64,000 nucleotides of DNA from Candidatus Nanoarchaeia archaeon (GCA_028716945.1 JAQUOT010000002.1:194202-258201), one strand, 5' to 3'; counted from the first letter of the stretch, positions 29,453-39,341 are shown. Numbers and translations: made by a program. The notes: a model not told the origin generated them from the sequence alone.

Positions 29453-30541
29453 CTAATTAAAATACTCAGCTAGGCGTTTGTATTTTTTATTTCTGCTTAT
29501 CTTACCTCTTAATTTTCTTAAAGCTCTTTCTTCAATCTGTCTTATTCTTTCTCTTGAATTACCCATCTCTTTTCCTATTTCTTGTAAAGTACATGCTTCT
29601 TCATCTAAACCAAACCTTCTTCTTATAATTTGTTCTTCTCTAGGAGACAATTGGGATAATAATTCTTTAAGACTATCTTTTACTTCTTGTTTATAGATAA
29701 TTTCATTAACAGAAGGCTGCGGGTCTTTAACTGTATCTATATATTCTGTATCTGTTTCATCAGCAACTAATTCATCCAAAGAAACAACCCTATGCAAACC
29801 ATCTTGCCCCATTAAAAAAATATACAATGCTTCAGCGCTTATATTCATCTTTTTTCTTAGATTATCTAATCTCTTCGGATTTAATTTACTTAATTTTTCT
29901 CTTGTACATAATTTGTGCAATTTTGTTAAGTCTTCACGAAGATAATATGGCAGGACAATTAATCCACTATTTTCATGAGCAGCACGCTTCATTTGTTGAA
30001 TAATCCACCAACCTGAATAAGTGGAAACAGTATTTCCCTTAGTATAATCAAATTTTCCTATACTTTTTAATAAACCTATACTTCCTTCTTGTATAAGATC
30101 TACAAATTCCATATAAGGAGGCCTGTGTCTTTCAATAGCAGCCAATTTTACATCGAATCTTAAATTTCTTACAACTAAAAAATTTCTTTTTTCTAAGGCT
30201 TTTTTATGAAGTTCTCTTATTTTTTCTTTTGTTGTATATAACCTTTTTTTATTCAATCCATATTCTTTTATTTTTTCTTTATTATTACATAATTCATAAA
30301 AGTCTACCAAAAATTTGTCTAATAGATTATAATTTATTGTTGCTTTGTTATCATCCACTAAACTATTTAAAGTTCCATTAAGTTTGTTAACTAATTGGGG
30401 GTATTTGTTTAAAGTTTTTAAAATTCTTACTTTAATATCTTCAAATTCTTTAAAGTGTTGTGTATGCTCCTCTCTGGTTAAAACAGGTATATTTTTTATC
30501 TGTTCATACAAGAGATTTATTTGTGGGATGTATCCTGGCAT
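29453..30541 (-). CDS. RNA polymerase sigma-70 factor, RpoD/RpoS-like
   Basis: Region 1.2 IKNIPVLTREE; region 2 NLR..DLIQEGSIGL..FDYTKG..STYSGWWI; region 3 VSLD; region 4 LSPREEQIIRRRFGL..TLQEIG..SRERIRQIEERALRKLR. Confidence 0.92.
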   Translation of the reverse strand: MPGYIPQINLLYEQIKNIPVLTREEHTQHFKEFEDIKVRILKTLNKYPQLVNKLNGTLNSLVDDNKATINYNLLDKFLVDFYELCNNKEKIKEYGLNKKRLYTTKEKIRELHKKALEKRNFLVVRNLRFDVKLAAIERHRPPYMEFVDLIQEGSIGLLKSIGKFDYTKGNTVSTYSGWWIIQQMKRAAHENSGLIVLPYYLREDLTKLHKLCTREKLSKLNPKRLDNLRKKMNISAEALYIFLMGQDGLHRVVSLDELVADETDTEYIDTVKDPQPSVNEIIYKQEVKDSLKELLSQLSPREEQIIRRRFGLDEEACTLQEIGKEMGNSRERIRQIEERALRKLRGKISRNKKYKRLAEYFN

Positions 30542-30564
30542 TTTAATAAAAAAGCATAAAAAAT

Positions 30565-30572
30565 TATTTAAA
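30565..30572 (-). promoter_or_regulatory. archaeal TATA box of the sigma-70 gene
   Basis: TTTAAATA on the minus strand, 23 nt upstream of the ATG at 30541. Confidence 0.55.
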
Positions 30573-30581
30573 ACTATCTAA

Positions 30582-30779
30582 AGTAGGAGATTTTGGGTTA
30601 AAAGGAATTGGCTTTGGATTAGCATTATTACTAAATTTAGCCCACTTGATTTAAAAAATAAACTAGGGATAACAAAAGAAAAACTTGAATTTATATTAAA
30701 GAAATTAGAAAAAAGACAAGTTATAAAAGAACGTGAAGGACAAAATCCACAAATATTCTTTAATGATTGGTTAAAATAA
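30582..30779 (+). pseudogene. start-less winged-helix fragment
   Basis: Open frame ..DLKNKLGITKEKLEFILKKLEKRQVIKEREG..NDWLK*, preceded by a stop, no ATG. Confidence 0.4.
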
Positions 30780-30782
30780 GAA

Positions 30783-31247
30783 TTATTTTTGTACAACTTC
30801 TGTTGGTTGAACTTTTGCTTCAAGACTTTCAGTAATATGTTTCTCTACAACTCTTTTTTCTGCATTATTATAAACAAATCTTCCAATTTCATAAGCTCCA
30901 GAAATTACATTTGTTACAATAGGGAGTAATAAAAATTCAGGATAATCGTTTCCAACCCAACTATATAAATCGAGTTGAATAGGCAAAGATAAAAACCCTA
31001 TTGTTGCACCAAGTATAGTTGCTGAATCTTCAAGAGTACCATAATCTTCAAGTTTTTTCTTTTTGTTTGATCTCCCTATAATAGCCCTAGGAATAATATA
31101 AGGTATAACATGTACTATAGCCGCAGCTCCTAAAAAATTTTTAGATAAAACTTTTAAAGATTTATAAACTTCAACAAATTCATTTTCGGTATTATTACAA
31201 ACTTCTTTTAATACTTCTTTCTTTGTAAGTTTATATGTTTCTACCAT
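30783..31247 (-). CDS. hypothetical membrane protein
   Basis: 154 aa with hydrophobic segments. Confidence 0.6.
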   Translation of the reverse strand: MVETYKLTKKEVLKEVCNNTENEFVEVYKSLKVLSKNFLGAAAIVHVIPYIIPRAIIGRSNKKKKLEDYGTLEDSATILGATIGFLSLPIQLDLYSWVGNDYPEFLLLPIVTNVISGAYEIGRFVYNNAEKRVVEKHITESLEAKVQPTEVVQK

Positions 31248-31326
31248 CCTTAATAAAGATAAATATTAATTTATAAATCTTTCTATATGTAACTACTTTA
31301 AAGTTGTTAGAAATAAAAAAAGAAAT

Positions 31327-31542
31327 TTATTCTGTTCTTGGAGGTAAAGGCCTTTTAATAGTAATAGGTAAAATACCTTTAGTTAGCTCTAATTTAGCTA
31401 TTTCTATAGGATTATAGTTTAACTTGTCAAGTTCTTCAGGCTTTAATTTAAGTAACAAAGGAGCACCCATTGCTATTTGTAAAGCTCTTGCTCCAATTAT
31501 TCTTGCTACTTCATATTTTGTAAACTTGAATTCTTTTTCCAT
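31327..31542 (-). CDS. rpoK: DNA-directed RNA polymerase subunit K (Rpo6)
   Basis: TKYEVARIIGARALQIAMGAP..LPITIKR. Confidence 0.96.
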   Translation of the reverse strand: MEKEFKFTKYEVARIIGARALQIAMGAPLLLKLKPEELDKLNYNPIEIAKLELTKGILPITIKRPLPPRTE

Positions 31543-31576
31543 ATCTTTACCTATTTCTTACTATTTTTAAAGGTTG

Positions 31577-32338
31577 TTATTTCTTTAATAGTTTCCTTAG
31601 CTCTTCTGTTTTTTTAACAGCTAAGTCAACCATTTCCTCTATTTCTTTGTCTGTTAATGCTTGATCTCCACCTTTTTGCATAGCACATAATTGTTTACCA
31701 ATTGTAGCTATAGTCAATCTTGCATCTGCTGCTTTTTCTTCTTCTCTGCTTGGATCTATAAACAGATGGTTGTCAATTTTAACAACAGTGCATTCAACAG
31801 GCACTTTGGATAAAGGAATACCTTTACTAGTTTTTTTAGTGTAATCTACTTTTTCATCTTTGTATTCTGGTAATTTAGCATCTTGTAATGCTGCAATTCC
31901 AGCCAAAGCTGCTGCATCAAATAAGTTTCCATCATCATTCATTGGATAAATATCTAATAATACCATCCAAACTTTTTCTCCTTTTTTAATGCATAATTTT
32001 TTAGTATCTATTGTACCAGATTCTCTAATACCTCTATCAACAACTCTTGATAATTCTATAGCTTCTATAGAAGGTGGACCAGATTCAAAATCTGGATTTG
32101 CCAAAGGTAATAATTCTGAATTAACCATTAAAACTCCATCGTCTGGAGTATCTGGAAAAGGTGTACCTACTTCCATTTTAACACCAGCTAATACAACAGT
32201 TTTTCCCATCGTAACTCTTGCAGAACCTTCTGCATTTTCTAATGGACTATATTCAACTTTTACTGGTCTGTATTCATCAAATTTTCTGTTATCTAATCTA
32301 AATCCTTTTTCTGCTAAAGTATGTACGTGTGATTTCAT
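31577..32338 (-). CDS. rrp42: exosome subunit Rrp42
   Basis: AEGSARV, PFPDTPD, FESGPP, ELSRVVDRGIRE, DDGNLFDA. Confidence 0.95.
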   Translation of the reverse strand: MKSHVHTLAEKGFRLDNRKFDEYRPVKVEYSPLENAEGSARVTMGKTVVLAGVKMEVGTPFPDTPDDGVLMVNSELLPLANPDFESGPPSIEAIELSRVVDRGIRESGTIDTKKLCIKKGEKVWMVLLDIYPMNDDGNLFDAAALAGIAALQDAKLPEYKDEKVDYTKKTSKGIPLSKVPVECTVVKIDNHLFIDPSREEEKAADARLTIATIGKQLCAMQKGGDQALTDKEIEEMVDLAVKKTEELRKLLKK

Positions 32339-33021
32339 TTTCCGTATTTCTCCCTTAAAGCTTTTTTCTGTACTTCATATACTTTTTCACAAGCTTTTTT
32401 TCCTATTTTCATAAATTCTTTTATGTCGTCTTTTTCTACAATACCATCCATTTGCATTAAAGTTATTGCTCCAGTTCTAGGCATCATAGCTATTGGAAAA
32501 TCAACACCTTCTTCTGCTGAATCTTCTTCATAATTTAAATCTGCAATAAAATCACCTTTGAATTTTCCAGCAGAAACAGCTGAAACTAAATCTCTCATTG
32601 GTATTCCTGCATCTGCAAGAGCCATTGCTGCAGCGCTAATTCCTGCACATCTTGTTCCAGCATCTGTATTTATCAATTCAACATAAACATCTACTACTGC
32701 ATTTGGAAATGCTGATAAATCCACAGCAGGTAATAATGCTTTTTCTGTTACTAAAGATATTTCTCTTGATCTTCTAGATGGACCTGGTCTAACTCTTTCT
32801 CCACCGCTGGAAAAAGATATCATATTATAATTGCATCTCAAAACTCCAACTTCTGGATTTTGTAAATATGCTTGGAAATCTCTAGGACCATAGACTGCTG
32901 CAATTGCTGTTGTTTTTCCAATTTTGAACATAGCTGAACCAGCTGCGTTTGGAATAACTCCAACTTTTGCTTCCATCTTTCTTAATTCGTCAAATTTTCT
33001 TCCATCAATTCTCTTTACCAT
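32335..33021 (-). CDS. rrp41: exosome exonuclease Rrp41
   Basis: DGRKFDELR, AVYGPR, RPGPSRRSREIS, DAGTRCA. Confidence 0.95.
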   Translation of the reverse strand: MVKRIDGRKFDELRKMEAKVGVIPNAAGSAMFKIGKTTAIAAVYGPRDFQAYLQNPEVGVLRCNYNMISFSSGGERVRPGPSRRSREISLVTEKALLPAVDLSAFPNAVVDVYVELINTDAGTRCAGISAAAMALADAGIPMRDLVSAVSAGKFKGDFIADLNYEEDSAEEGVDFPIAMMPRTGAITLMQMDGIVEKDDIKEFMKIGKKACEKVYEVQKKALREKYGK

Positions 33022-33023
33022 TT

Positions 33024-33788
33024 TTATTTCTCCTTCTTCTTGGATTCTTTTTCTTCTTTAACTTCTTCTTTTTTCTCTTCAACTTTTTTTTCTTTTTTGA
33101 TTCCAAGTTTATCATTTAAATATTTTTCAATACTATCAGTAAGACCTTCGGATTGGCTTTCTTTGTCTATAATATCAATAGCATCTACTGCTACTTTTTC
33201 CTTAATAGGATCTAATCCTGATATCCAAACATTTCCGTTTTGTCCTACCAAAATTCTTGTTTCTGTCTTTTCTTTAATCATAGTTATCATAGAACCTTGT
33301 TTTCCAATTAATCTTGGAACTTTTGAAGGTGTAATTTGTATCATTCTTCCTTCTGTAAGTTTTCTTAATCCAGGACCTTTCATTCCTAAATCAATAACTT
33401 TGGATCCAGATACATTTACAATTCTTACCATTAATATATCTCCAATATTATAAAATTGTGTTAAGTCTGTTCCACGTTCTATAAATTCTTGTGTTGCGTC
33501 TTTCAAAGATAACATTGCCTGATAAGCCCATCTGATATCTACTCTCCATCCCCAAGGGCCAATATCAACAACTTTTCCAATAACAACATCGTCCCTTCTT
33601 GGTATGTAAGGACCTGTTAAAGGAATTATTTTTATTAATCTTCCATTAAGGTTTACTAAACCTACCATAGAAGAAATTATATTATCTTCTTCTCTAAATG
33701 TTCCATGAGCAGGTAAAAAATCCATACCTTTTGCTAAAATTTGCCCAGGAATCACTACTTCTTTTTCCTGTACTAGTAATTCTGACAT
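33024..33788 (-). CDS. rrp4: exosome RNA-binding subunit Rrp4
   Basis: S1 and KH domains, PSKVPRLIGKQGSMI, VGQNG.VW. Confidence 0.95.
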   Translation of the reverse strand: MSELLVQEKEVVIPGQILAKGMDFLPAHGTFREEDNIISSMVGLVNLNGRLIKIIPLTGPYIPRRDDVVIGKVVDIGPWGWRVDIRWAYQAMLSLKDATQEFIERGTDLTQFYNIGDILMVRIVNVSGSKVIDLGMKGPGLRKLTEGRMIQITPSKVPRLIGKQGSMITMIKEKTETRILVGQNGNVWISGLDPIKEKVAVDAIDIIDKESQSEGLTDSIEKYLNDKLGIKKEKKVEEKKEEVKEEKESKKKEK

Positions 33789-33803
33789 TTTTTCATTTCT
33801 CCT

Positions 33804-34505
33804 TTAAAATTTTCTGACTATATCAACGACAACTTGTCCATGTGTTGCCTTGTTTAGAGCATCTAATAAATCTTCTTGCATTCCTGCTGGAATTTCAAGA
33901 GATACTTTCAATGATCCATCATTTTCATAGTTTTCTTTTATTAATTTACCGAACATTTTTAATGTACCATATGTTTTACCAACATGTTCTGGTTTTATTT
34001 TTATGGACAATTCTCTTTTTTCATATTTTATTGGTAAAATCTCTCTTAATTGTTTTATTACGTCTTCAACCTGTCCTTCAGCGGTTTTAGTTGCATTAAT
34101 ATTTACTCTAGCTTCTTTCATTGCCATTTCAATTCTTGCTGTAGGATGAGGAAATCCAGTTTTTGAGTCTACTGTATTTTTATGAATAATATCTACTATT
34201 CTTTTTTTCTTTTCGTCTTGTAGTTTATTTTTGTGTTCTGTAGTTAATTGTATTTCTCCTTCTCTTACTATACGTTCAATTATTGCATTTTTATCTGTTG
34301 TTTTGAAAACAGCTTGCAGTTCCTTTTCAGGACTGTGCTCTGCTTGCTTAACATCAGAGAAAACATCATCGGTTACTAAAACTTCAGATATATTTTTTAT
34401 TTTTCCTTCTCTAAATAGAATTGCTTTGTCGCAATCTACTAATATTTCAAAGGTTTTTCCTTCACGTTTAAAACGTGCAATAACTGAACTTTCAATATTC
34501 GTCAT
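33804..34505 (-). CDS. ribosome assembly factor SBDS
   Basis: GKTFEILVD, GEIQLT, PHP..RIE.AM. Confidence 0.94.
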   Translation of the reverse strand: MTNIESSVIARFKREGKTFEILVDCDKAILFREGKIKNISEVLVTDDVFSDVKQAEHSPEKELQAVFKTTDKNAIIERIVREGEIQLTTEHKNKLQDEKKKRIVDIIHKNTVDSKTGFPHPTARIEMAMKEARVNINATKTAEGQVEDVIKQLREILPIKYEKRELSIKIKPEHVGKTYGTLKMFGKLIKENYENDGSLKVSLEIPAGMQEDLLDALNKATHGQVVVDIVRKF

Positions 34506-34513
34506 TTTTACAA

Positions 34514-35227
34514 TTAATTATTATATTTTTTTAAGTCTGGAACATCTAATCTTACAAATTTCTTATCTGCAGATTTTATATAAGCTCCATCTATTCTTGC
34601 TAAATCAAAATCTTTATTCAAGACTTTTTTAAGCATTTTTATTGTTAATTTTATTCCTTCTTCTATTGTTATGTTGTCTTTGTATTCTTTATCAAGCATT
34701 TCTTTTATTTCAACTTCTGCTTCTCCAATTGCTGTTGCTTTGTATTGGAAAAATATTCCAGTAACATCAGTCAAGAATAATCTTGGTTCACTTTCATCTA
34801 TTCCACCAAAAATTATTGAAACTCCAAATGGTCTTCCTCCACCATATTGTGTATATGCTTGTTTTACATTACAAATTTCTTTTACTAAAGTCATTGTATC
34901 AATAGGATTGTCATAAGTAACTTTGTGCTGCTGAGCTAATAATTGAGCTCTTTCAATTAATATTCTTGCATCGCTAATAATACCGGATGCACCTGCTGCA
35001 ATATGATCATCTACTTGGAAAATTTTCTCAATAGATTTTGCAACTATGAACTTGTCAAAAATTCTTTTGTCAGCCATTATTAAAACACCATCTTTACATA
35101 CTAGACCAACTGTTGTACTTCCTTGTTTTACTGTTTTTTTTGCGTATTCTGCTTGTAATAATCTTCCATCTGGACTAAACATAGCACTTCTATCATATCC
35201 CATCATTTGTGACATATTTGTTTGCAT
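34514..35227 (-). CDS. psmA: proteasome alpha subunit
   Basis: GYDR..MFSPDGRL.Q.EYA, YTQYGG.RPFGVS. Confidence 0.96.
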   Translation of the reverse strand: MQTNMSQMMGYDRSAMFSPDGRLLQAEYAKKTVKQGSTTVGLVCKDGVLIMADKRIFDKFIVAKSIEKIFQVDDHIAAGASGIISDARILIERAQLLAQQHKVTYDNPIDTMTLVKEICNVKQAYTQYGGGRPFGVSIIFGGIDESEPRLFLTDVTGIFFQYKATAIGEAEVEIKEMLDKEYKDNITIEEGIKLTIKMLKKVLNKDFDLARIDGAYIKSADKKFVRLDVPDLKKYNN

Positions 35228-35239
35228 TTTATTCCTCCT

Positions 35240-35590
35240 TTAATTTAGATATCTAAATTTTGCTTTTTTTAATATTCCTGAAACACCAAGGCATTTAACA
35301 ATTACCTTTTTGTTATTTATTTCTTTTATTAAAGAAAAACAAGATTTGAGAGCGTCAGTATATTTATTATTAACAAACATAATACCTTTAGAAGTATTAT
35401 TTTGTGTTTTCCAGTCTTCTAACATTATTAAATTAGCTTTTGCCAATCCAAATTTCCCGTAATATTCTTTGTAAGTTTCCATTATTGTATTTTCAGCGCT
35501 AGCTTTATTAATTGGGCTTTCAGATATAACCTCGAAAGCAACATACCTCTTCTTTTCTCTTAAGCTAGGCATTAAAGCTTTTAACTTCAT
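35240..35590 (-). CDS. RNase P protein Pop5/Rpp14
   Basis: PSLREKKRYVAF..GVSGILKKA. Confidence 0.9.
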   Translation of the reverse strand: MKLKALMPSLREKKRYVAFEVISESPINKASAENTIMETYKEYYGKFGLAKANLIMLEDWKTQNNTSKGIMFVNNKYTDALKSCFSLIKEINNKKVIVKCLGVSGILKKAKFRYLN

Positions 35591-35732
35591 TTTATCAAGT
35601 TTTTAGGAGAATTAAACAATTATTTTTTCAAAATCTTCTCCATCTCTCGCATATACTCTAAAATATACTTATATTTAAATTTTGTGTATTTTATAGAAAT
35701 AAGTTTATATATTAAGAAATTTACTTAAATAT

Positions 35733-36485
35733 ATGATTTCGGGTGTTATATGGTTATACAGCTTAGTTAGCGTATTAATTATTAGCTTGATTTCTTTAAT
35801 AGGTATTTTTTCTTTGAAAATAAAAATTGAAAAATTAAAGCAAATTTTGATTTATTTCATAAGTTTTTCAGCAGGAGCTTTGTTAGGAGATGCATTTATA
35901 CATTTAATTCCAAGTTTGTTCAAAGAAAGTTCTGCTATAATTTCTGCTTTAACTATTTTACTAGGAATAATCTTATTTTTTATTCTAGAAAAAGTAATAC
36001 ATTGGAGACATTGTCATATACCAATTACAAAAGAGCACGTGCATCCTTTAGCTTATATGAATTTAGTTGGAGATTCTTTACATAATTTCATTGATGGATT
36101 AATTATAGCAGGATCTTATTTAATTAATATTCAAGTTGGAATTGCAACAACTCTTGCAGTTATATTACATGAAATTCCACAAGAAATAGGAGACTTTGGA
36201 GTTTTACTACATGCAGGATTAAAAAGAACAAAAGCATTATTTTTAAATTTTGTAACAGGTTTAACAGCAATACTAGGAACAATAATTGCTTTAATATTAA
36301 CTAATTATATTTCAAATTTGCAATTTTATATAACCGGAATTGCAATTGGTGGATTTATTTATATTGCAGGAAGTGATTTAATTCCAGAAATGCACAAAGA
36401 AGTTAAATTAGAAAAATCAATTTTACAATTAGTATTTTTAATTCTAGGAATTTTAGTAATGTTAAGTTTATTATTGTTAGAATAA
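35733..36485 (+). CDS. ZIP-family metal transporter
   Basis: GDAFIHL, HNFIDG, HEIPQEIGDFG, SDLIPE. Confidence 0.93.
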   Translation: MISGVIWLYSLVSVLIISLISLIGIFSLKIKIEKLKQILIYFISFSAGALLGDAFIHLIPSLFKESSAIISALTILLGIILFFILEKVIHWRHCHIPITKEHVHPLAYMNLVGDSLHNFIDGLIIAGSYLINIQVGIATTLAVILHEIPQEIGDFGVLLHAGLKRTKALFLNFVTGLTAILGTIIALILTNYISNLQFYITGIAIGGFIYIAGSDLIPEMHKEVKLEKSILQLVFLILGILVMLSLLLLE

Positions 36486-36492
36486 ATAAATT

Positions 36493-36930
36493 TTATTTCT
36501 CTTTTTCTAAAGGATAATTGTCACATATTCTAGATATTTCATCTATAACTTGCTGAGAAGTAACTATAAAATCATGGTCTGTATCTAAATCTCTAAGTTT
36601 ATCAGTTAGTTCATCTTTATATTTAGCAATATTATTTAAATCAAATTTTTTGGTTTTAGAAACACCACAATTACCTTTACCATAATTATGAAACATCGCA
36701 TCTCCATCTTTTACAGCCTGCATTACAAATAAATGTTCAGCCCCCATAAAATCAGTTTCATAAGGACCTAATTTGCAAACATAATCCGATTTTAATATCT
36801 TGGTAGCTCTTAAGCTAGGCTCATATTTACAGACATCTTCTATACTCTGTACAGTGGGTTTAGAACAACTAATTAGACCTGTTGCAATAATTAATCCTGT
36901 TATAAAATTCCTTAAAGTTTTATATACCAT
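36493..36930 (-). CDS. putative lipoprotein
   Basis: MVYKTLRN..IIATGLISC lipobox-like; DLDTDHD EF-hand-like loop. Confidence 0.6.
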   Translation of the reverse strand: MVYKTLRNFITGLIIATGLISCSKPTVQSIEDVCKYEPSLRATKILKSDYVCKLGPYETDFMGAEHLFVMQAVKDGDAMFHNYGKGNCGVSKTKKFDLNNIAKYKDELTDKLRDLDTDHDFIVTSQQVIDEISRICDNYPLEKEK

Positions 36931-36977
36931 TTTAACCCCAGAAAAGTAGTCAATAATCTAATATTTAAATGTTTTGG

Positions 36978-37484
36978 TTAAAACTGATACAATTCTAGAT
37001 AATTTTTAACTTCATCCATCATATCATATAAGTCATTATACAAATCAATTTTATATTCATCTATGTTTTTCTTCATCATGTGTTTTTTATAAATTCTATT
37101 TGTAAGGCTATCATCAGGCCATCTATCATTTGCATTAACAATTAAATACGCACTAAATCTCAATTCCATATCTGCTTTTTTTAATTTTATAGTTTTTCCT
37201 TCTTTTTCAACTTCAACAGGAGTTACTCCTAAAATAAAGAAAGTTACTTCTAAAACTGCAGTACAATAATCACTTACTTCGTTTTTACAAGTCCATTTGA
37301 TTTCAATTTGTTTTCCATTAGGTTTCATTCTTTCAGTATAATTATCTTCATTGAATCCTTCTTTTTCATCACCATAACCTTTAAAATCCAACCAGAATTT
37401 CATTTTTCTATAAAGATCTTCTAAATCAAAAGTTCCAACGAATTTTAACTTTAAACCTTTACCTACAATCTCTTTTTCTGACAT
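36978..37484 (-). CDS. hypothetical protein, paralogue of 37497-37973
   Basis: Shared F-x3-LY-x2-MK-x-W..Y..E..I-x-W..DY pattern. Confidence 0.7.
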   Translation of the reverse strand: MSEKEIVGKGLKLKFVGTFDLEDLYRKMKFWLDFKGYGDEKEGFNEDNYTERMKPNGKQIEIKWTCKNEVSDYCTAVLEVTFFILGVTPVEVEKEGKTIKLKKADMELRFSAYLIVNANDRWPDDSLTNRIYKKHMMKKNIDEYKIDLYNDLYDMMDEVKNYLELYQF

Positions 37485-37496
37485 CTTTCCTCTTTT

Positions 37497-37973
37497 TTAT
37501 TCTAAATGTTCTTTAGCCATATCATGTAAGGCATATGCATCTGCTTTTAATTTAGCTTCATAAGGCCCTACAATATCCCCTTTAATAATATAATTATTAT
37601 ATAAATACATTAAAAATTTACTTATGGCTGTAGTCTGCCATTTTTTTCTATAATCCAATACTATATGAGCCCAGAAAGTCATTTTAATATTTCCAGTTTC
37701 TCTTCCATCTATTTTCTTTAAACCTTCAACAAAAAATTCTACCTTAAGAAAGAATTTAGTATAATCATCAAACTCTCTTTCTCCTTCCCAAATAATTCTC
37801 ATTTCTTTATAATGGCCTTTATCTTTTTCAGTATGTTCTTTTTCATGGAAATCATATCTATGTTCATCAAACCAAGCTTTCATATCTTTGTATAATTCAT
37901 TAAACTTAAAGAAACCTTTTTTTCTAATTTGTATTCCATTGCTTGGAAGAACGTTATATTTTGGTTTTATCAT
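37497..37973 (-). CDS. hypothetical protein, paralogue of 36978-37484
   Basis: Same shared pattern. Confidence 0.7.
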   Translation of the reverse strand: MIKPKYNVLPSNGIQIRKKGFFKFNELYKDMKAWFDEHRYDFHEKEHTEKDKGHYKEMRIIWEGEREFDDYTKFFLKVEFFVEGLKKIDGRETGNIKMTFWAHIVLDYRKKWQTTAISKFLMYLYNNYIIKGDIVGPYEAKLKADAYALHDMAKEHLE

Positions 37974-37995
37974 ATTTTTTATTTAGTTTTATAAT

Positions 37996-38532
37996 TTATA
38001 AATATTCTGCTATTTTGGTTAGAGCTGTTTTTGCTTGTTTTGTATTTAAACCTAAGCTTATTCCCAAAGATTCTAAGTCTTCTGCAGATCTTAGTTCAGA
38101 TTTAGATTTAGCTAAAGTAAATATTAATACAGGCACTTTAAATTTCTTACATAAGCTAATGTTTTGTATTATCTTTTTTAACAAGAAAACATCTGCGTTT
38201 TGTATATAGTCTAAAGAATAACCTATTGAAATATTGTGTTTTTGAGCCAAATCACATAAAATATGATTTAAACCAGAATTTATTCCTTTTACAGTTTCTC
38301 TTTTTTTAGTTTCTGGGTTTAATAAAATATTAACGCTTTTTGAAGATAGAGCAATTCTGTTTAATTCTTCATAACCTCCTTCAACTATCATTAATCCTTT
38401 TTTATTTTTTATATTTTTAGAATTTGTTATTATATCTTCTTTGTTAATAAAAAATACATTAGAAAAACCTAAGGTTCTAGCAAAAGCGATTATATCTTCT
38501 TTATTGGTTTTAATTAAAACTAAATCATACAT
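37996..38532 (-). CDS. RNase P protein Rpp30
   Basis: NR.AL, SGLNHILC.LA, ELRS..DL..L..LG; start moved to ATG 38532. Confidence 0.85.
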   Translation of the reverse strand: MYDLVLIKTNKEDIIAFARTLGFSNVFFINKEDIITNSKNIKNKKGLMIVEGGYEELNRIALSSKSVNILLNPETKKRETVKGINSGLNHILCDLAQKHNISIGYSLDYIQNADVFLLKKIIQNISLCKKFKVPVLIFTLAKSKSELRSAEDLESLGISLGLNTKQAKTALTKIAEYL

Positions 38533-38610
38533 AATTAATCTAAAATAAGTCAAATTAAAAAGGTTTCCATAAGATTTATAAATATATACTTGAGTATATG
38601 TTTATTAAAA

Positions 38611-39306
38611 ATGAATGAAATCAAGCATATCGCACTTATTTTGGACGGTAACAGACGTTTTGCCAAGCGTTTGATGTTAGAGCCATATAAAGGTCATGAA
38701 TATGGTGCTGCAAAACTAGAAAAATTGTTTGAATGGTGTCAAGAATTAGACATTAAAGAAATAACACTATATGCTTTTTCTATACAAAATTTTAACAGAC
38801 CTAAAGCAGAATTTGATTATTTAATGGATATTTTCAAGAAAGAATTTGATAGATTAAAAGATGATAAAAGGATATTTGATAATAAAGTAAAAATTAATGT
38901 TATTGGAAGAATAGATATGTTCCCTAAAGATTTACAAGAGAGAATGCATTATATTATGGAAAAAACAAAAAATCATGATAAATATATTATTAATTTTGCA
39001 TTAGCCTATGGTGGAAGAGAAGAAATTATTGATACTATTAAAAAAATAGGAAGAAAAATTGAACTTGGTGAAGTAAAACCTGAACAGGTTACAGAAGAGC
39101 TAGTAAATGCAAGTTTGTATATGAAAGATGAACCTGATTTTATTATAAGAACTGGTGGAGATCAGAGAACTTCTAATTTCTTGATATGGCAGTCTAATTA
39201 TTCTGAATGGTTTTTCCTAGAAAAATGCTGGCCAGAATTTGAGAAAGAAGATTTAATACAATGTATTAATGAATTTAAAACTAGAGAAAGAAGATTTGGA
39301 AAATAG
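38611..39306 (+). CDS. uppS: cis-prenyltransferase (undecaprenyl diphosphate synthase family)
   Basis: HIALILDGNRR, YAFSIQNF.RP, YGGREE, IRTGG..RTSNFL.WQ, RRFG. Confidence 0.96.
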   Translation: MNEIKHIALILDGNRRFAKRLMLEPYKGHEYGAAKLEKLFEWCQELDIKEITLYAFSIQNFNRPKAEFDYLMDIFKKEFDRLKDDKRIFDNKVKINVIGRIDMFPKDLQERMHYIMEKTKNHDKYIINFALAYGGREEIIDTIKKIGRKIELGEVKPEQVTEELVNASLYMKDEPDFIIRTGGDQRTSNFLIWQSNYSEWFFLEKCWPEFEKEDLIQCINEFKTRERRFGK

Positions 39307-39341
39307 GATTATAAGGCTTATAAAGCTTAAATTCTTGAATG

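Noticed and set aside
21915-30541. Bacterial contig chimera explaining lgt and sigma-70
   Set aside because: Both genes have archaeal TATA spacing and are interleaved with DPANN-style genes with no visible compositional shift; read mapping is still needed for certainty
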